Source: an uncultured Chloroflexia bacterium
Lineage (GTDB): Bacteria > Chloroflexota > Limnocylindria > QHBO01
Length of the DNA: 64,000 nucleotides
Assembly: GCA_963825525.1 (NCBI GenBank)
Contig: CAWGTN010000002.1
Location: 1,024,001-1,088,000 of the forward strand
Direction: 5' to 3'
Position 1 is the first letter of the stretch, and each line of letters opens with the position of its first letter. The translations under genes and the position numbers were made by a program. A model generated the notes under the pieces. The model was given only the letters and a program-made list of their open reading frames with translations. It ran no database searches and had not been told where the DNA came from. Positions 38,858-48,128 of the stretch are shown one piece after another.

Positions 38858-39658
38858 ATGACCATGGCCGCACTCGGAGCGAAGGAACGGGCGAAGCTCC
38901 CGGATTCCGCCTTCGCCTACATCGACGCCGACAAGCGTCGCCTGCTCCCGATTCACGACGAGCCGCACGTCCGCAATGCGCTGGCGCGATTCAACCGAGT
39001 CGTCTTCGAGGACGAGGAGGCGCGCGATCGTGCCCGTTCGCGGCTGCTCAAGGCGGCAAAGCGTCACGGCCTGGTCCCGGTCGGGTTCATCGAGGGCCAG
39101 CTCCGACCCAAGCTGCCGACCGGTCAGCTCACGCTTCTGTTCGCCGATGTCGAGAACTCGAGTCGCCTGACCTCGGAGCTCGGAGAGCGATACGGCTCCC
39201 TCCTCAATGCGGTTCGGCGCATCGAGCGCACGGCCATTCGCCGCACCGGCGGCTTCGAGGTGGATGCCAGGGCCGATGAATTCTTTGCCGTGTTCGAGCG
39301 GGCCGCCGATGCCCTGGAAGCATCGATCGCCATGCAGCGCGCATTCGGGTCGCACGCATGGCCCGACGAGGCCTCGGTCCGCGTCAGGATCGGGCTGCAC
39401 ACCGGACGCCCGACCCGCACGCCGGGCGGCTACCAGGGGATCGCGGTCAATGCCGGCGCCCGGCTGTGCTCGTGCGGCCACGGGGGCCAGATCCTCGTCT
39501 CGCGTACCGCCCGGGCGGCGCTGGGCGAGGACACTACGGTCGAGCTGCGACATCTCGGGACGTATCGGCTGCGCGGCATCCCCGACGAGCACGAGATCTA
39601 CCAGGTCGTGGCTAAGGATCTCCTCGACGGATTCCCGGCACTGCGCATCGAGGCTTAG
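38858..39658 (+). CDS. Class III adenylate/guanylate cyclase with an N-terminal DUF6582-like domain
   Basis: N-terminal LPDSAFAY..LPIHDEPHVRNALARFN; cyclase motifs TLLFADVENSS, ADEFFAVF, VRIGLHTG, VNAGARL, HGGQILVS. Confidence 0.85.
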   Translation: MTMAALGAKERAKLPDSAFAYIDADKRRLLPIHDEPHVRNALARFNRVVFEDEEARDRARSRLLKAAKRHGLVPVGFIEGQLRPKLPTGQLTLLFADVENSSRLTSELGERYGSLLNAVRRIERTAIRRTGGFEVDARADEFFAVFERAADALEASIAMQRAFGSHAWPDEASVRVRIGLHTGRPTRTPGGYQGIAVNAGARLCSCGHGGQILVSRTARAALGEDTTVELRHLGTYRLRGIPDEHEIYQVVAKDLLDGFPALRIEA

Positions 39659-40520
39659 CCTCCGGCCGGTCCGAGCTCACGGATTGGCACGCCGTTCACC
39701 TCGCTGAGCGAGTGGACACCGAATGCTCCGTCGAGCGAGCAGGCTGGATCGGGCTCGTTCGCCCAATTTGCACCTTCCCCGAGACCATACTCACCGCCGC
39801 CGAATCTCACATGGTCTCCGTGACGGAGCTCGATGGCCACGTCGCCGACTGGATCCCAGAACGTGATCGACTCGCGATCGACATTCCAGCGCACCTGGGC
39901 GCTGCGGAAGATCATGGTCGCGCCGCTCACGCTGACGCACTCGGCGTCGACCCGCAGCAAACCGCCGAATGCCGCCAAGTCCCCGCTGTCGGCCTCCGCC
40001 TCGACGACGGCAAGCGGACCCCACGGGCCATCTCCGAACTCCGGCACCGGGCGGACAGGGACCGGTGGCAAACGCTCGACGCGCTCCTCGATCTCCATCG
40101 CCGACATGAGGAGTGACAACCGCTCGAACATCGGGTAGCCAGAGGTCTCGATCGCGGCGAGCAAATCGCCCGAGAGCATCGGGCTCAGTGTTTCGGCGAA
40201 GTCGGCATACAGGCATTCGCCACCCAGGCCGGCAGTGAACACGTGGTCAACGGTGATCCCCGCGAGTGACTCGGTCGATCGTTCGATGAGGTCATGAGCT
40301 GCGCCCGCGGAGCCCGCGGTCGCAATCCGAGGAATCCAGGCGTCCGATGAGCTCGCGCGAGAATTCCGCCGCAACTTCGTCGCATGTCGTTCCCACAAAG
40401 CCCGGCGCGATGGCTGATCATCGGGGCTTCAGTCCCCACCGTGGAGGGCGTCGGGGCATCGGCGGCGCAGGCGCTCACGAGGAGCACGATTCCCAAGATT
40501 CCCCAGCTAGCGCGCCGCAC
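39655..40520 (-). CDS. Hypothetical lipoprotein (frameshift about 40380-40410)
   Basis: GTG start 6 nt after TACACT, LLVSAC lipobox; the body lies in a second frame (39655-40398). Confidence 0.55.
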
Positions 40521-40552
40521 GGCAGCAGTGTACTGGCGCTGATGAGGGGAGC

Positions 40553-40628
40553 TGGTCGGGGCGAGAGGACTCGAACCTCCGACCTCGTCGTCCCGAACGA
40601 CGCGCGCTACCTACTGCGCCACGCCCCG
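40553..40628 (-). tRNA. tRNA-Pro (anticodon CGG)
   Basis: CGGGGCG acceptor stem, anticodon arm CGTCG-TTCGGGA-CGACG, GGTTCGAGTCC T-arm, encoded CCA. Confidence 0.97.
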
Positions 40629-40700
40629 ACCGAAGAGTCGCATCCTAGCAGGCGGGCCGTGGGGGGTCCAACGTACCCACTGGCCGGCGGACACGGAAAT

Positions 40701-40762
40701 GTCCCGAAGGAACCGTGGCGACCGTTGATGTGATCTCGGACCGCCGACTGCCCCTTCGGGAC
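40701..40762 (-). ncRNA. Candidate small hairpin RNA with its own promoter
   Basis: TTGATC-18nt-CATGAT ends 6 nt before a 62-nt hairpin closed by perfect GTCCCGAAGG/CCTTCGGGAC. Confidence 0.4.
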
Positions 40763-40849
40763 GACATCATCATGGCGCCCGACCTGGCGCGTGATCAATC
40801 CCCTTTGTCCACGAGATCGAGCGGCCGATCAGGACTTATCCACACCCCA

Positions 40850-42463
40850 TCAAGATCCGCCTGACGTCGGCAGCTCGACCAGGCGAGCGTCCAGGATGCC
40901 GTCGATGTCGCGAATCTGCCGGAGGACGGCATCGGTGACCGGATCGTCGACCGAGACGAACATCATCGCCTCGCCGCGCTCGGACATGCGTGACAGCTCG
41001 AGCGAGCTGATGTTGATCTCCGCATCGGCCAGGAGGGTGCCCACCGATCCGACGATGCCGGGCTTGTCGCGGTGCCGGGTCATGAGCATGAGGCCGATGA
41101 GCTCGGCATCGATGGCGAAGCCGTCGAGTCCCGCGAGGTGTGGCCGGCCGTGGGCGGTGGACCCGGCGAGGGTGAGGATCGGCTCGCCGTCCGCCGGCCC
41201 GATCGAGAGCGCGACGAGCGATGCCCACGGCTCCGACGCGGCGGTTCGCTCCTCGCGGATCGTCATCCCTCGCTCGTGGGCCACCAGGTCGGCATTCACC
41301 GCGTTCACGCGCTGATCGGTGACGGCCTCCAGGATGCCGGCAATCGCCGCCGTCCGGATCGGGGCGCAGTCGCCCGCGGCGATCTCGCCGGCATACGAAA
41401 GGGACAGCGTGTCGAATGCGCCCGGGGCGAGCTGGCGCGCCAGGAGCGCGAGCCGCCGGCCGAGCTCGACGTACGGGCGCAGCTTCTGCCCCGACTCCGG
41501 GGCCAGGGCCGGAGCGTTCACCGCGTGCGGTGGCGTCACGCCGGCCAGTGCCATGAGCACCTGCTCGGCCATCTCGGTGCCGACCCGGTCCTGTGCCTCG
41601 GCCGTCGACGCGCCGAGGTGGGGCGTCAGGATGACGTTGGGAGCCGAGCGCAGCGGGTTGTCCTGGGCCATCGGCTCCGAGGTGAAGACGTCCACGGCAG
41701 CCCCGGCCAGGTGTCCGGACGCCAGCGCGTCGGCCAGGGCCGCCTCGTCGATGATCCCGCCGCGCGCCACGTTGAGCACGAATGCCCCCGGCTTGGTGGC
41801 CTCCAGCTGCGCCCTCCCCAGCAGCCCCCGGGTGTGGGTCGACAGCGGCGTGTGGACGGTGATGACGTCCGAGCGATGCAGCAGCTCGGCCATCCCGACC
41901 AGTCGTGCGCCGGCCTCGCCGACCTGGTCCTCGGTCAGGTACGGGTCGCTGGCGATCACCTTCATCTCGAACCCGAGCGCACGCCGCGCAACCGCCTTGC
42001 CGATCTTCCCGAGCCCCACGATGCCGAGCGTCTTGCCGCGCAGCTCGCGCCCGGTATGCGCGCCACGCTCCCACTCCCCGCGTCGCAGTGACGCATCCGC
42101 GGCCGGGATGCGCCGCAGGAGCGCGAGCATCAGCGCCATGGTGTGCTCGGCGGCCGCGACCGTGTTGCCGGTGGGCGCGTTGACCACCATGACGCCGGCC
42201 CGCGTCGCCGCGTCCACGTCGATGCGGTCGATGCCGACGCTGGCCACGCCGACCACGCTCAATCGCGGCGCCGCCGCCGCCAGGAGCTCCGCGTCGACGC
42301 GGGTCTGCGACCGCACGATGAGCGCGTCCCAGCCGCCGCCCTCCGACAGCGCGCTCAGCAGGGCGTCGCGCTCGAGGCCGGGACGCAGCACGGTCTCGTG
42401 GGCGGCCCGGATCAGCTCGATTCCGGGGTCCGCCACCGGCTCGACGACGAGGATGCGTGCCAT
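40850..42463 (-). CDS. serA: D-3-phosphoglycerate dehydrogenase (long form with ACT domain)
   Basis: LIVRSQT, NAPTGNTVAAAEH, GLGKIG, NVARGG, TPHLGAST.EAQ, HRDKPGIVG. Confidence 0.95.
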   Translation of the reverse strand: MARILVVEPVADPGIELIRAAHETVLRPGLERDALLSALSEGGGWDALIVRSQTRVDAELLAAAAPRLSVVGVASVGIDRIDVDAATRAGVMVVNAPTGNTVAAAEHTMALMLALLRRIPAADASLRRGEWERGAHTGRELRGKTLGIVGLGKIGKAVARRALGFEMKVIASDPYLTEDQVGEAGARLVGMAELLHRSDVITVHTPLSTHTRGLLGRAQLEATKPGAFVLNVARGGIIDEAALADALASGHLAGAAVDVFTSEPMAQDNPLRSAPNVILTPHLGASTAEAQDRVGTEMAEQVLMALAGVTPPHAVNAPALAPESGQKLRPYVELGRRLALLARQLAPGAFDTLSLSYAGEIAAGDCAPIRTAAIAGILEAVTDQRVNAVNADLVAHERGMTIREERTAASEPWASLVALSIGPADGEPILTLAGSTAHGRPHLAGLDGFAIDAELIGLMLMTRHRDKPGIVGSVGTLLADAEINISSLELSRMSERGEAMMFVSVDDPVTDAVLRQIRDIDGILDARLVELPTSGGS

Positions 42464-42472
42464 GCCGCGAGT

Positions 42473-43381
42473 CTAGCGGGGGTCGGAGTGGTGACTCCGA
42501 CCAGCGAGCTTCGCGAGTCCCGCGGAGAGACTCACGGACGGCTCCCAGCCGAGATCACGGCGAATCGCGTCCACGCGCAGGACGGACGACCGAACGTCGC
42601 CCGGCCGGCGTGCGGTGCGTGCGACGTCGAGCGTGACTCCGTACGCCGCCTCCACCGCGGTTACCAGCTGGTTGATCGTGGTGGCGACGCCGCTCGCGAC
42701 GTTCCACGTTCCGGAGTCAGACGAGAGAAGCATCGCTTCCAGCGCGCCCACAACGTCGTCGACGTGAACGAAGTCGCGAACCTGCTCCCCGTCGCCGTGC
42801 ACGGTGATCGGTGCTCCCTGGCTGGCGGCGCGGCAGAAGATCGCGATGACCCCGCCCTCGAGATCTGCGCGTTGCCCGGCACCGAACGCATTGGAGAGCC
42901 GCGCGACGGCGTGCGACATGCCGCTCAGGCGCACATATCCCTCGGCCGCGAGCTTGTGGATTCCGTAGTAGCTCTCCGGCGCTGAAGTCGTGCTCTCGTC
43001 AGCGCCAGTCGTGTCCCCGTAGATGGCGCCGCCGCTGGAGATGAACACGAGCCGTTGTGCCTTGGCCCGCCGAGCACCCTCGATGACGTGCGCGGTTCCG
43101 ATGAGGTTCACCGCACGGTCGGCCGCAGGATCTTCCATCGACCTGTGGACACTGACCTGGGCCGCCGCATGGACGATGTGCGTCGGCCGGAGCTCGGCGA
43201 TCGCCGTGACCGTATCGGCGGAGGTGATGTCCTGGCGCACGAGCCGCACCTCCGACGGGAGCCGTTCTCCTTCGCCGGAGCTCAGGTCATCGATGACGAC
43301 AACCTCGGTGCCCTGCTCACACAGCCGATGCACGAGGTGCGACCCGATGAACCCGGCACCGCCGGTCACGAGGACCTTCAT
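42473..43381 (-). CDS. NAD-dependent epimerase (UDP-glucose 4-epimerase-like)
   Basis: VTGGAGFIGSH, SSGGAIYG, YGIHK, GDGEQVRDFVHV. Confidence 0.9.
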   Translation of the reverse strand: MKVLVTGGAGFIGSHLVHRLCEQGTEVVVIDDLSSGEGERLPSEVRLVRQDITSADTVTAIAELRPTHIVHAAAQVSVHRSMEDPAADRAVNLIGTAHVIEGARRAKAQRLVFISSGGAIYGDTTGADESTTSAPESYYGIHKLAAEGYVRLSGMSHAVARLSNAFGAGQRADLEGGVIAIFCRAASQGAPITVHGDGEQVRDFVHVDDVVGALEAMLLSSDSGTWNVASGVATTINQLVTAVEAAYGVTLDVARTARRPGDVRSSVLRVDAIRRDLGWEPSVSLSAGLAKLAGRSHHSDPR

Positions 43382-43554
43382 CGCGCCGCCCGCGATCGGT
43401 GACGCGGCGCGCAGCGCGTTTGGATCGGCGAGGAGGGGAGGTGCATGGCCGAAGTCTAACGCGTGCCCACGCGCGGTCGGAGGTGTCACAATCGGTCAAT
43501 GCATGGATCCACGCGGGCACTCGTGGACGTCGCACAACAAGGGTGGGCTCGGAT

Positions 43555-44964
43555 TTGATCCGACGGCACATGATGGCCCTGCGCCTCGGGCTGATGGTCG
43601 GTGACGCGGCAAGCGCGATTCTCGTGTTCCTGGCCGTCTCAGCTCTTCGCTTCCGTGACGGGGACTCCGGCCAGCTGTGGCAGGCGCTGGGCATCGACAT
43701 CCGATTCGCTGCGGCCAGCTTCGCACTGACCTGGGTCGCGGTGCTGTGGATGTCCGGCCTGTACCGTCTCAGCGTTCGCTGGCGCCTGTGGACCGAGGTG
43801 CGCGACATCGCTCGCGCGACACTGCTGGTCATCGCATTGACCCTGTCGTTCCTGTTCCTGGTCAAGCAGGACGACGTCAGCCGCCTCTTCCTCGCATTTT
43901 TGTTCATCGCGCAGCCGTCGGTCACCCTGCTGGGTCGGATCGCCCTCCGCGGCGTCTTCGAGGCACTCCGCAGCCAAGGCCGTGACCCCCGCTACATGCT
44001 CATCGCCGGGACCGGGACGTTCGCCCAGGAGTTTGCCGATCGGGTCGAGAGCCACCCGGGGCTCGGGTTGAACGTCATCGGGCATCTCGTCGCCCCCGAG
44101 GAACGCGAGTGGGCGGTCACCCGCCCGATCCTGGGTTCCGTCGAGGACATCGAGGACATCCTCCACTCGCGCGTGGTTGACGAGGTCGCCGTCTGTCTGC
44201 CACCCGTGGCGGCTCACTTCCTGGAGCCGATCACGGGCGTGGCTGCCGGTGAGGGCAAGACCGTCCGCGTCGCGGTCGACCCCGTCGAAGAGGTCCTCCC
44301 CGGTGCGGTCCAGGAGGAGTTCGACGGCTTCCTGGTGCGGTCGCTCATCCACGATGGTCAACGCGAAGTCGGGCTCGTCGTCAAGCGGGTCATCGACATC
44401 GTGGGTGCCGCAGTGGGACTCGTCGTGCTGAGCCCGGTCCTTGTCGCGACCGCGCTGGCCGTTCGCATCTCCGATGGCTCGCCCATCATGTTCCGGCAGA
44501 CGCGCGTCGGGCTCCAGGGTCGGCCGTTCACCATCTATAAGTTCCGCACCATGGTGGTCGGCGCGGAGGATCGGCTGGGGGAGGTTCGCCACCTGAACGA
44601 GCGGAGCGGGGCGGCGTTCAAGGCAGCCGACGACCCGCGCATGACCAGCATCGGGCGATGGTTGCGCAAGACGTCCGTCGACGAGCTACCGCAGCTGTGG
44701 AACGTGCTCACCGGCTCGATGAGCCTCGTGGGTCCGCGGCCGCCGCTGCCGGACGAGGTCGCCGAGTACGACGTGTGGCATCGGCGCCGGCTCAGCATGA
44801 AGCCCGGCATCACCGGCCTGTGGCAGGTCGAAGCCCGCCACGAGCCCGACTTTGACCGCTGGGTCGAGCACGACCTGATCTACATCGATGGCTGGTCCAT
44901 CTGGCTCGACCTGAAGATCCTGGCGAAGACCATCCCCGCACTCGTGATGCACGGCGGCCACTGA
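43555..44964 (+). CDS. Priming polyprenyl-phosphate sugar-1-phosphate transferase (WcaJ/WbaP family)
   Basis: N-terminal TMs, KRVIDI, YKFRTM, DDPRMT, DELPQLWNV, MSLVGPRP, KPGITGLWQV; start approximate. Confidence 0.93.
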   Translation: MIRRHMMALRLGLMVGDAASAILVFLAVSALRFRDGDSGQLWQALGIDIRFAAASFALTWVAVLWMSGLYRLSVRWRLWTEVRDIARATLLVIALTLSFLFLVKQDDVSRLFLAFLFIAQPSVTLLGRIALRGVFEALRSQGRDPRYMLIAGTGTFAQEFADRVESHPGLGLNVIGHLVAPEEREWAVTRPILGSVEDIEDILHSRVVDEVAVCLPPVAAHFLEPITGVAAGEGKTVRVAVDPVEEVLPGAVQEEFDGFLVRSLIHDGQREVGLVVKRVIDIVGAAVGLVVLSPVLVATALAVRISDGSPIMFRQTRVGLQGRPFTIYKFRTMVVGAEDRLGEVRHLNERSGAAFKAADDPRMTSIGRWLRKTSVDELPQLWNVLTGSMSLVGPRPPLPDEVAEYDVWHRRRLSMKPGITGLWQVEARHEPDFDRWVEHDLIYIDGWSIWLDLKILAKTIPALVMHGGH

Positions 44965-44967
44965 GGG

Positions 44968-46272
44968 TCACTCACCACCGGCGCTCGGCGCCGCCCCACC
45001 CGTCGGATCGTACCGGTATGCCGTGCGACTCAGGAGGAGCCCGTACACCAGGTGGCTCCCCGCCATGCCGAGCGCAATGCCGGTGATACCGAGCAGCGAG
45101 CCCCCGACCACCATCAGGAGAACCGAGACTGCGGCGGCTGCCAGCTGGGCTGCCAGATACCGCCACTGACCGCCCATCACGTTCAGGTAGTTGCCGTACC
45201 CGGTGAGGAGAGCGAGGAGCACGTAGCCGATGCTCAGGATCACGACGGCCGCCCGCGCCGCCTCGTAGTCGGGCAGGAGGATAGGGATCGCCATGACCGA
45301 GAACAGCACGAGCCCCAGCGCGATCGGGGCCACGACTGCCGCGGCCACGAGGCCCTGCCGCCTCGCCATGGACAGGAGCTCCGCGCGGCCAGCTCCGTGC
45401 CCGAGCGCCATCGCCATGCGCGGGTACGTCTGCTGTGACACGACGCCGGGGATCACGAGCATCGCCGTCGCGATGAGACTCGCCAGCGCATACGGCGCGG
45501 CGTCCACCAGGCCCAGGAGGGTGATCGCCATCCAGCGGTCGAGCGTCACGAAAATGCTGAACACGAGTCCGGCAACCATGATCGGGAAGCCGATGGACGC
45601 GAGTCGAGTCAGGTCCTGGGTCGTCCATCCGCCCCACTGGCGCGGAGCCGTCCCGAACATGCCCGCGCCCATCGCGATCACCGTCGGCGCGGCGTAGAGC
45701 AATGCTGCGCCCACGAGATCGTCCGCGATCCCGACCCACAGGATCAGCGTGGAGACGGCCATGAGGACGCCGAAGAGCGCCTGCTGAGCCGCAGCTGCGC
45801 CGAACCGGAGCGTGGAACGGAGGATGAACTGCTGGATGCCGACAACGATCGTGGCCGGCACCAGGAGCGCCATTGCCACCCCGAGCGATGCCGCGGACGG
45901 CGCCAGAAGGACCACCATGAGCGCCGCGAACAGCACGGCGGCTACTGCGGCAAGCGTCGCAAACCACGTCGCGGCGATCCCTCGATCCGCATCGCTGCTG
46001 CGGCCGCTGGCGATGAGAATGGGCAGCTCGCGGCTGAGCCCATTGCTCACGCCGAGGAGGAGTGAGGGCGCGTACACGAGCACCGAGATCACCAGCACCC
46101 ACGACGTGAAGTCCGCCGGCTCGAGAGCTCGTGCCGCGGCGAGCGAGAAGGCGAAGCGGGCACCCTGGTAGATGACGGTCGACGTCGTGAGCATCGCGAA
46201 TTCGCGTGGCCTGAAGGACCGGAGATCTGGTCGCGGTGATTCGCGGACGACTTCGGGTCGCGCGGACCTCAT
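44968..46272 (-). CDS. Polysaccharide flippase (Wzx-like)
   Basis: About 12 TM segments, LDRWM..LLG..YALA pattern; overlaps the pseI stop. Confidence 0.75.
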   Translation of the reverse strand: MRSARPEVVRESPRPDLRSFRPREFAMLTTSTVIYQGARFAFSLAAARALEPADFTSWVLVISVLVYAPSLLLGVSNGLSRELPILIASGRSSDADRGIAATWFATLAAVAAVLFAALMVVLLAPSAASLGVAMALLVPATIVVGIQQFILRSTLRFGAAAAQQALFGVLMAVSTLILWVGIADDLVGAALLYAAPTVIAMGAGMFGTAPRQWGGWTTQDLTRLASIGFPIMVAGLVFSIFVTLDRWMAITLLGLVDAAPYALASLIATAMLVIPGVVSQQTYPRMAMALGHGAGRAELLSMARRQGLVAAAVVAPIALGLVLFSVMAIPILLPDYEAARAAVVILSIGYVLLALLTGYGNYLNVMGGQWRYLAAQLAAAAVSVLLMVVGGSLLGITGIALGMAGSHLVYGLLLSRTAYRYDPTGGAAPSAGGE

Positions 46273-47333
46273 TCGGGCTCGATCATGTCCCAGGTCAGCG
46301 GCGTCCCGCGCGATACGTCGCGCTCAGCCGTGCGTCCGATCACCTCGTCGAGGTGGCGTGTGTGGAGGCCATGCCCCGGGCGGATGCTGCGGACATTCTC
46401 AGGGGTGAAGCTTTCGCCTGCGGCAACGTCCTCAACGATGAACAGAGAACGTCGCAGCGCTCGGTTACCGAGCTCGCGCTCCGTGGGCGTGTAACTCACC
46501 TCGCCCAGGGCCTGCTCAGCGACGCGGATCTGGCTGACCATCTCGGCGAACTCATGGGGTTCAAGTGAGAATCCGCTGTCCGGTCCGCCATCGCTGCGGC
46601 GCAGGGTGAAGTGCTTCTCCACGATGGCTGCCCCCCTCGCCACGGCGGCCACCGGAACGGCGATTCCCATGGTGTGGTCGGAAAGGCCAACCGGAACGTC
46701 GAACGCGTCGGCCATGTGCGGAATGGTGTTGAGGTTGACCTCGCTCGGGGGCGCCGGGTAGGCACTGGTGCACTTGAGAAGTGCAATCTCGGCGGCTCCC
46801 GCCTCCCGAGCCGCACTGAGCGCTTCCGCGATCTCTTCGAAGCTCGCCATGCCGGTCGAGATGATCACCGGCTTCCCGGTGGACGCGACCCGCTTGATGA
46901 GGCCCATGTCGACGATCTCGTTGGATGCAATCTTGTATGCCGGGACGTCGAGCGTCTCGAGGAGGGCGACTGCGCTGTCGTCGAACGGGGACGAGAAGAA
47001 CTGGATCTCGCTGATCGCAGCCTGGCGTGCGAGCTCGGGGAACCAATCCCACGGCGTGAATGCTTCCCGGTAGAGGTCGTAGAGCATGCGGCCATCCCAG
47101 ACGGTGCCGGCGGCAATCCGAAACTCCGGCCGGTCGGAGTCGATCGTGATCGTGTCGGCCGTGTAGGTCTGAAACTTCACCGCGTCCGCGCCCGCGCGCG
47201 CCGCCTCGTGAATCATCGCCACCGCGCGCTCGAGCTCCTGGTTGTGGTTGGCAGAGATCTCGGCGATGACGTAGGTCGGTGAACCGGGCCCGATGAGCCG
47301 GTTTCCGATGCGAATGTGGCGAGAATTGCCCAT
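46269..47333 (-). CDS. pseI: Pseudaminic acid synthase (NeuB family)
   Basis: IAEISANHN, AVKFQTYTADTIT, FSSPFD, YKIAS, LKCTSAYP, GLSDHT, EKHFTL, RSIRPG.GL. Confidence 0.9.
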   Translation of the reverse strand: MGNSRHIRIGNRLIGPGSPTYVIAEISANHNQELERAVAMIHEAARAGADAVKFQTYTADTITIDSDRPEFRIAAGTVWDGRMLYDLYREAFTPWDWFPELARQAAISEIQFFSSPFDDSAVALLETLDVPAYKIASNEIVDMGLIKRVASTGKPVIISTGMASFEEIAEALSAAREAGAAEIALLKCTSAYPAPPSEVNLNTIPHMADAFDVPVGLSDHTMGIAVPVAAVARGAAIVEKHFTLRRSDGGPDSGFSLEPHEFAEMVSQIRVAEQALGEVSYTPTERELGNRALRRSLFIVEDVAAGESFTPENVRSIRPGHGLHTRHLDEVIGRTAERDVSRGTPLTWDMIEPE

Positions 47334-47378
47334 GCCTGCGACCATACCACCGTGCCATCTCGCACCGCAGACCCGACC

Positions 47379-48128
47379 GTGACGACGAGACCGTCACCTC
47401 CGCTGGCAGTGATCGTCCAGGCTCGGATGGGCTCCACTCGACTGCCCGGCAAGGTCCTGCGCGAGGTTGACGGTCGGCCCCTGCTCGATGTCCTTCTTGA
47501 ACGGCTCGAGCGTGTCGCAACGCCGCACGTGACGGTTGTCGCCACCACCACCCTCGCCGAGGACGACCCGATCGAGCGCCTCTGCACGAAGCGTGGAGTC
47601 CTGACCTACCGAGGAAGCTCCGATGACGTGCTGGATCGGTACCAGCGAGCGGCGGCGGAAGTCGGCGCACAGGTCATCGTCCGCGTCACCGGGGACTGCC
47701 CGATCATCGACCCCGACATCATCGACAGGGTGATCAATCTCTTCGCTGCTGATGACTGCGACTACGCGTCGAATACGCTGGAGCGGACATTTCCTCGTGG
47801 GCTGGATGTCGAGGTCTGCTCGCGCAGCGCACTCGACGAGGCGGCGGCCGAAGCGCGCGCGCCCTTCGAGCGGGAACACGTCACGCCCTTTCTCTACGGC
47901 CACCCCGAACGGTTCCGGCTCTGCAACCTTGCGAACGATCGTGATGAGGGCAACGAGCGTTGGACGGTCGACACGGCCGAGGACTTCGACCTGATTGCTC
48001 GGATCATTCGAGCGCTTCCCCCGGCTCCCCTCGAGTCGGGCCTCGACACCGTCCGGGCGCTCCTCGACGCGCACCCGGAGTGGCGGCAGATCAACGCTCA
48101 CGTCGGCCAGAAGAGGCTGGGAGATTGA
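47379..48128 (+). CDS. Nonulosonate cytidylyltransferase (SpsF/PseF-like)
   Basis: IVQARMGSTRLPGKVL, GSSDDVLDRY, RVTGDCP, REHVTPF, RWTVDT. Confidence 0.85.
   Translation: MTTRPSPPLAVIVQARMGSTRLPGKVLREVDGRPLLDVLLERLERVATPHVTVVATTTLAEDDPIERLCTKRGVLTYRGSSDDVLDRYQRAAAEVGAQVIVRVTGDCPIIDPDIIDRVINLFAADDCDYASNTLERTFPRGLDVEVCSRSALDEAAAEARAPFEREHVTPFLYGHPERFRLCNLANDRDEGNERWTVDTAEDFDLIARIIRALPPAPLESGLDTVRALLDAHPEWRQINAHVGQKRLGD

Noticed and set aside
39655-40553. Genomic island integrated at the tRNA-Pro 3' end
   Set aside because: An orphan gene follows the tRNA, but no integrase or duplicated tRNA 3' end (att site) was found.
40630-40850. oriC, 6S RNA or SRP RNA
   Set aside because: Only one perfect DnaA box and no dnaA/dnaN nearby; the hairpin is too short for 6S and lacks the SRP domain IV motif.
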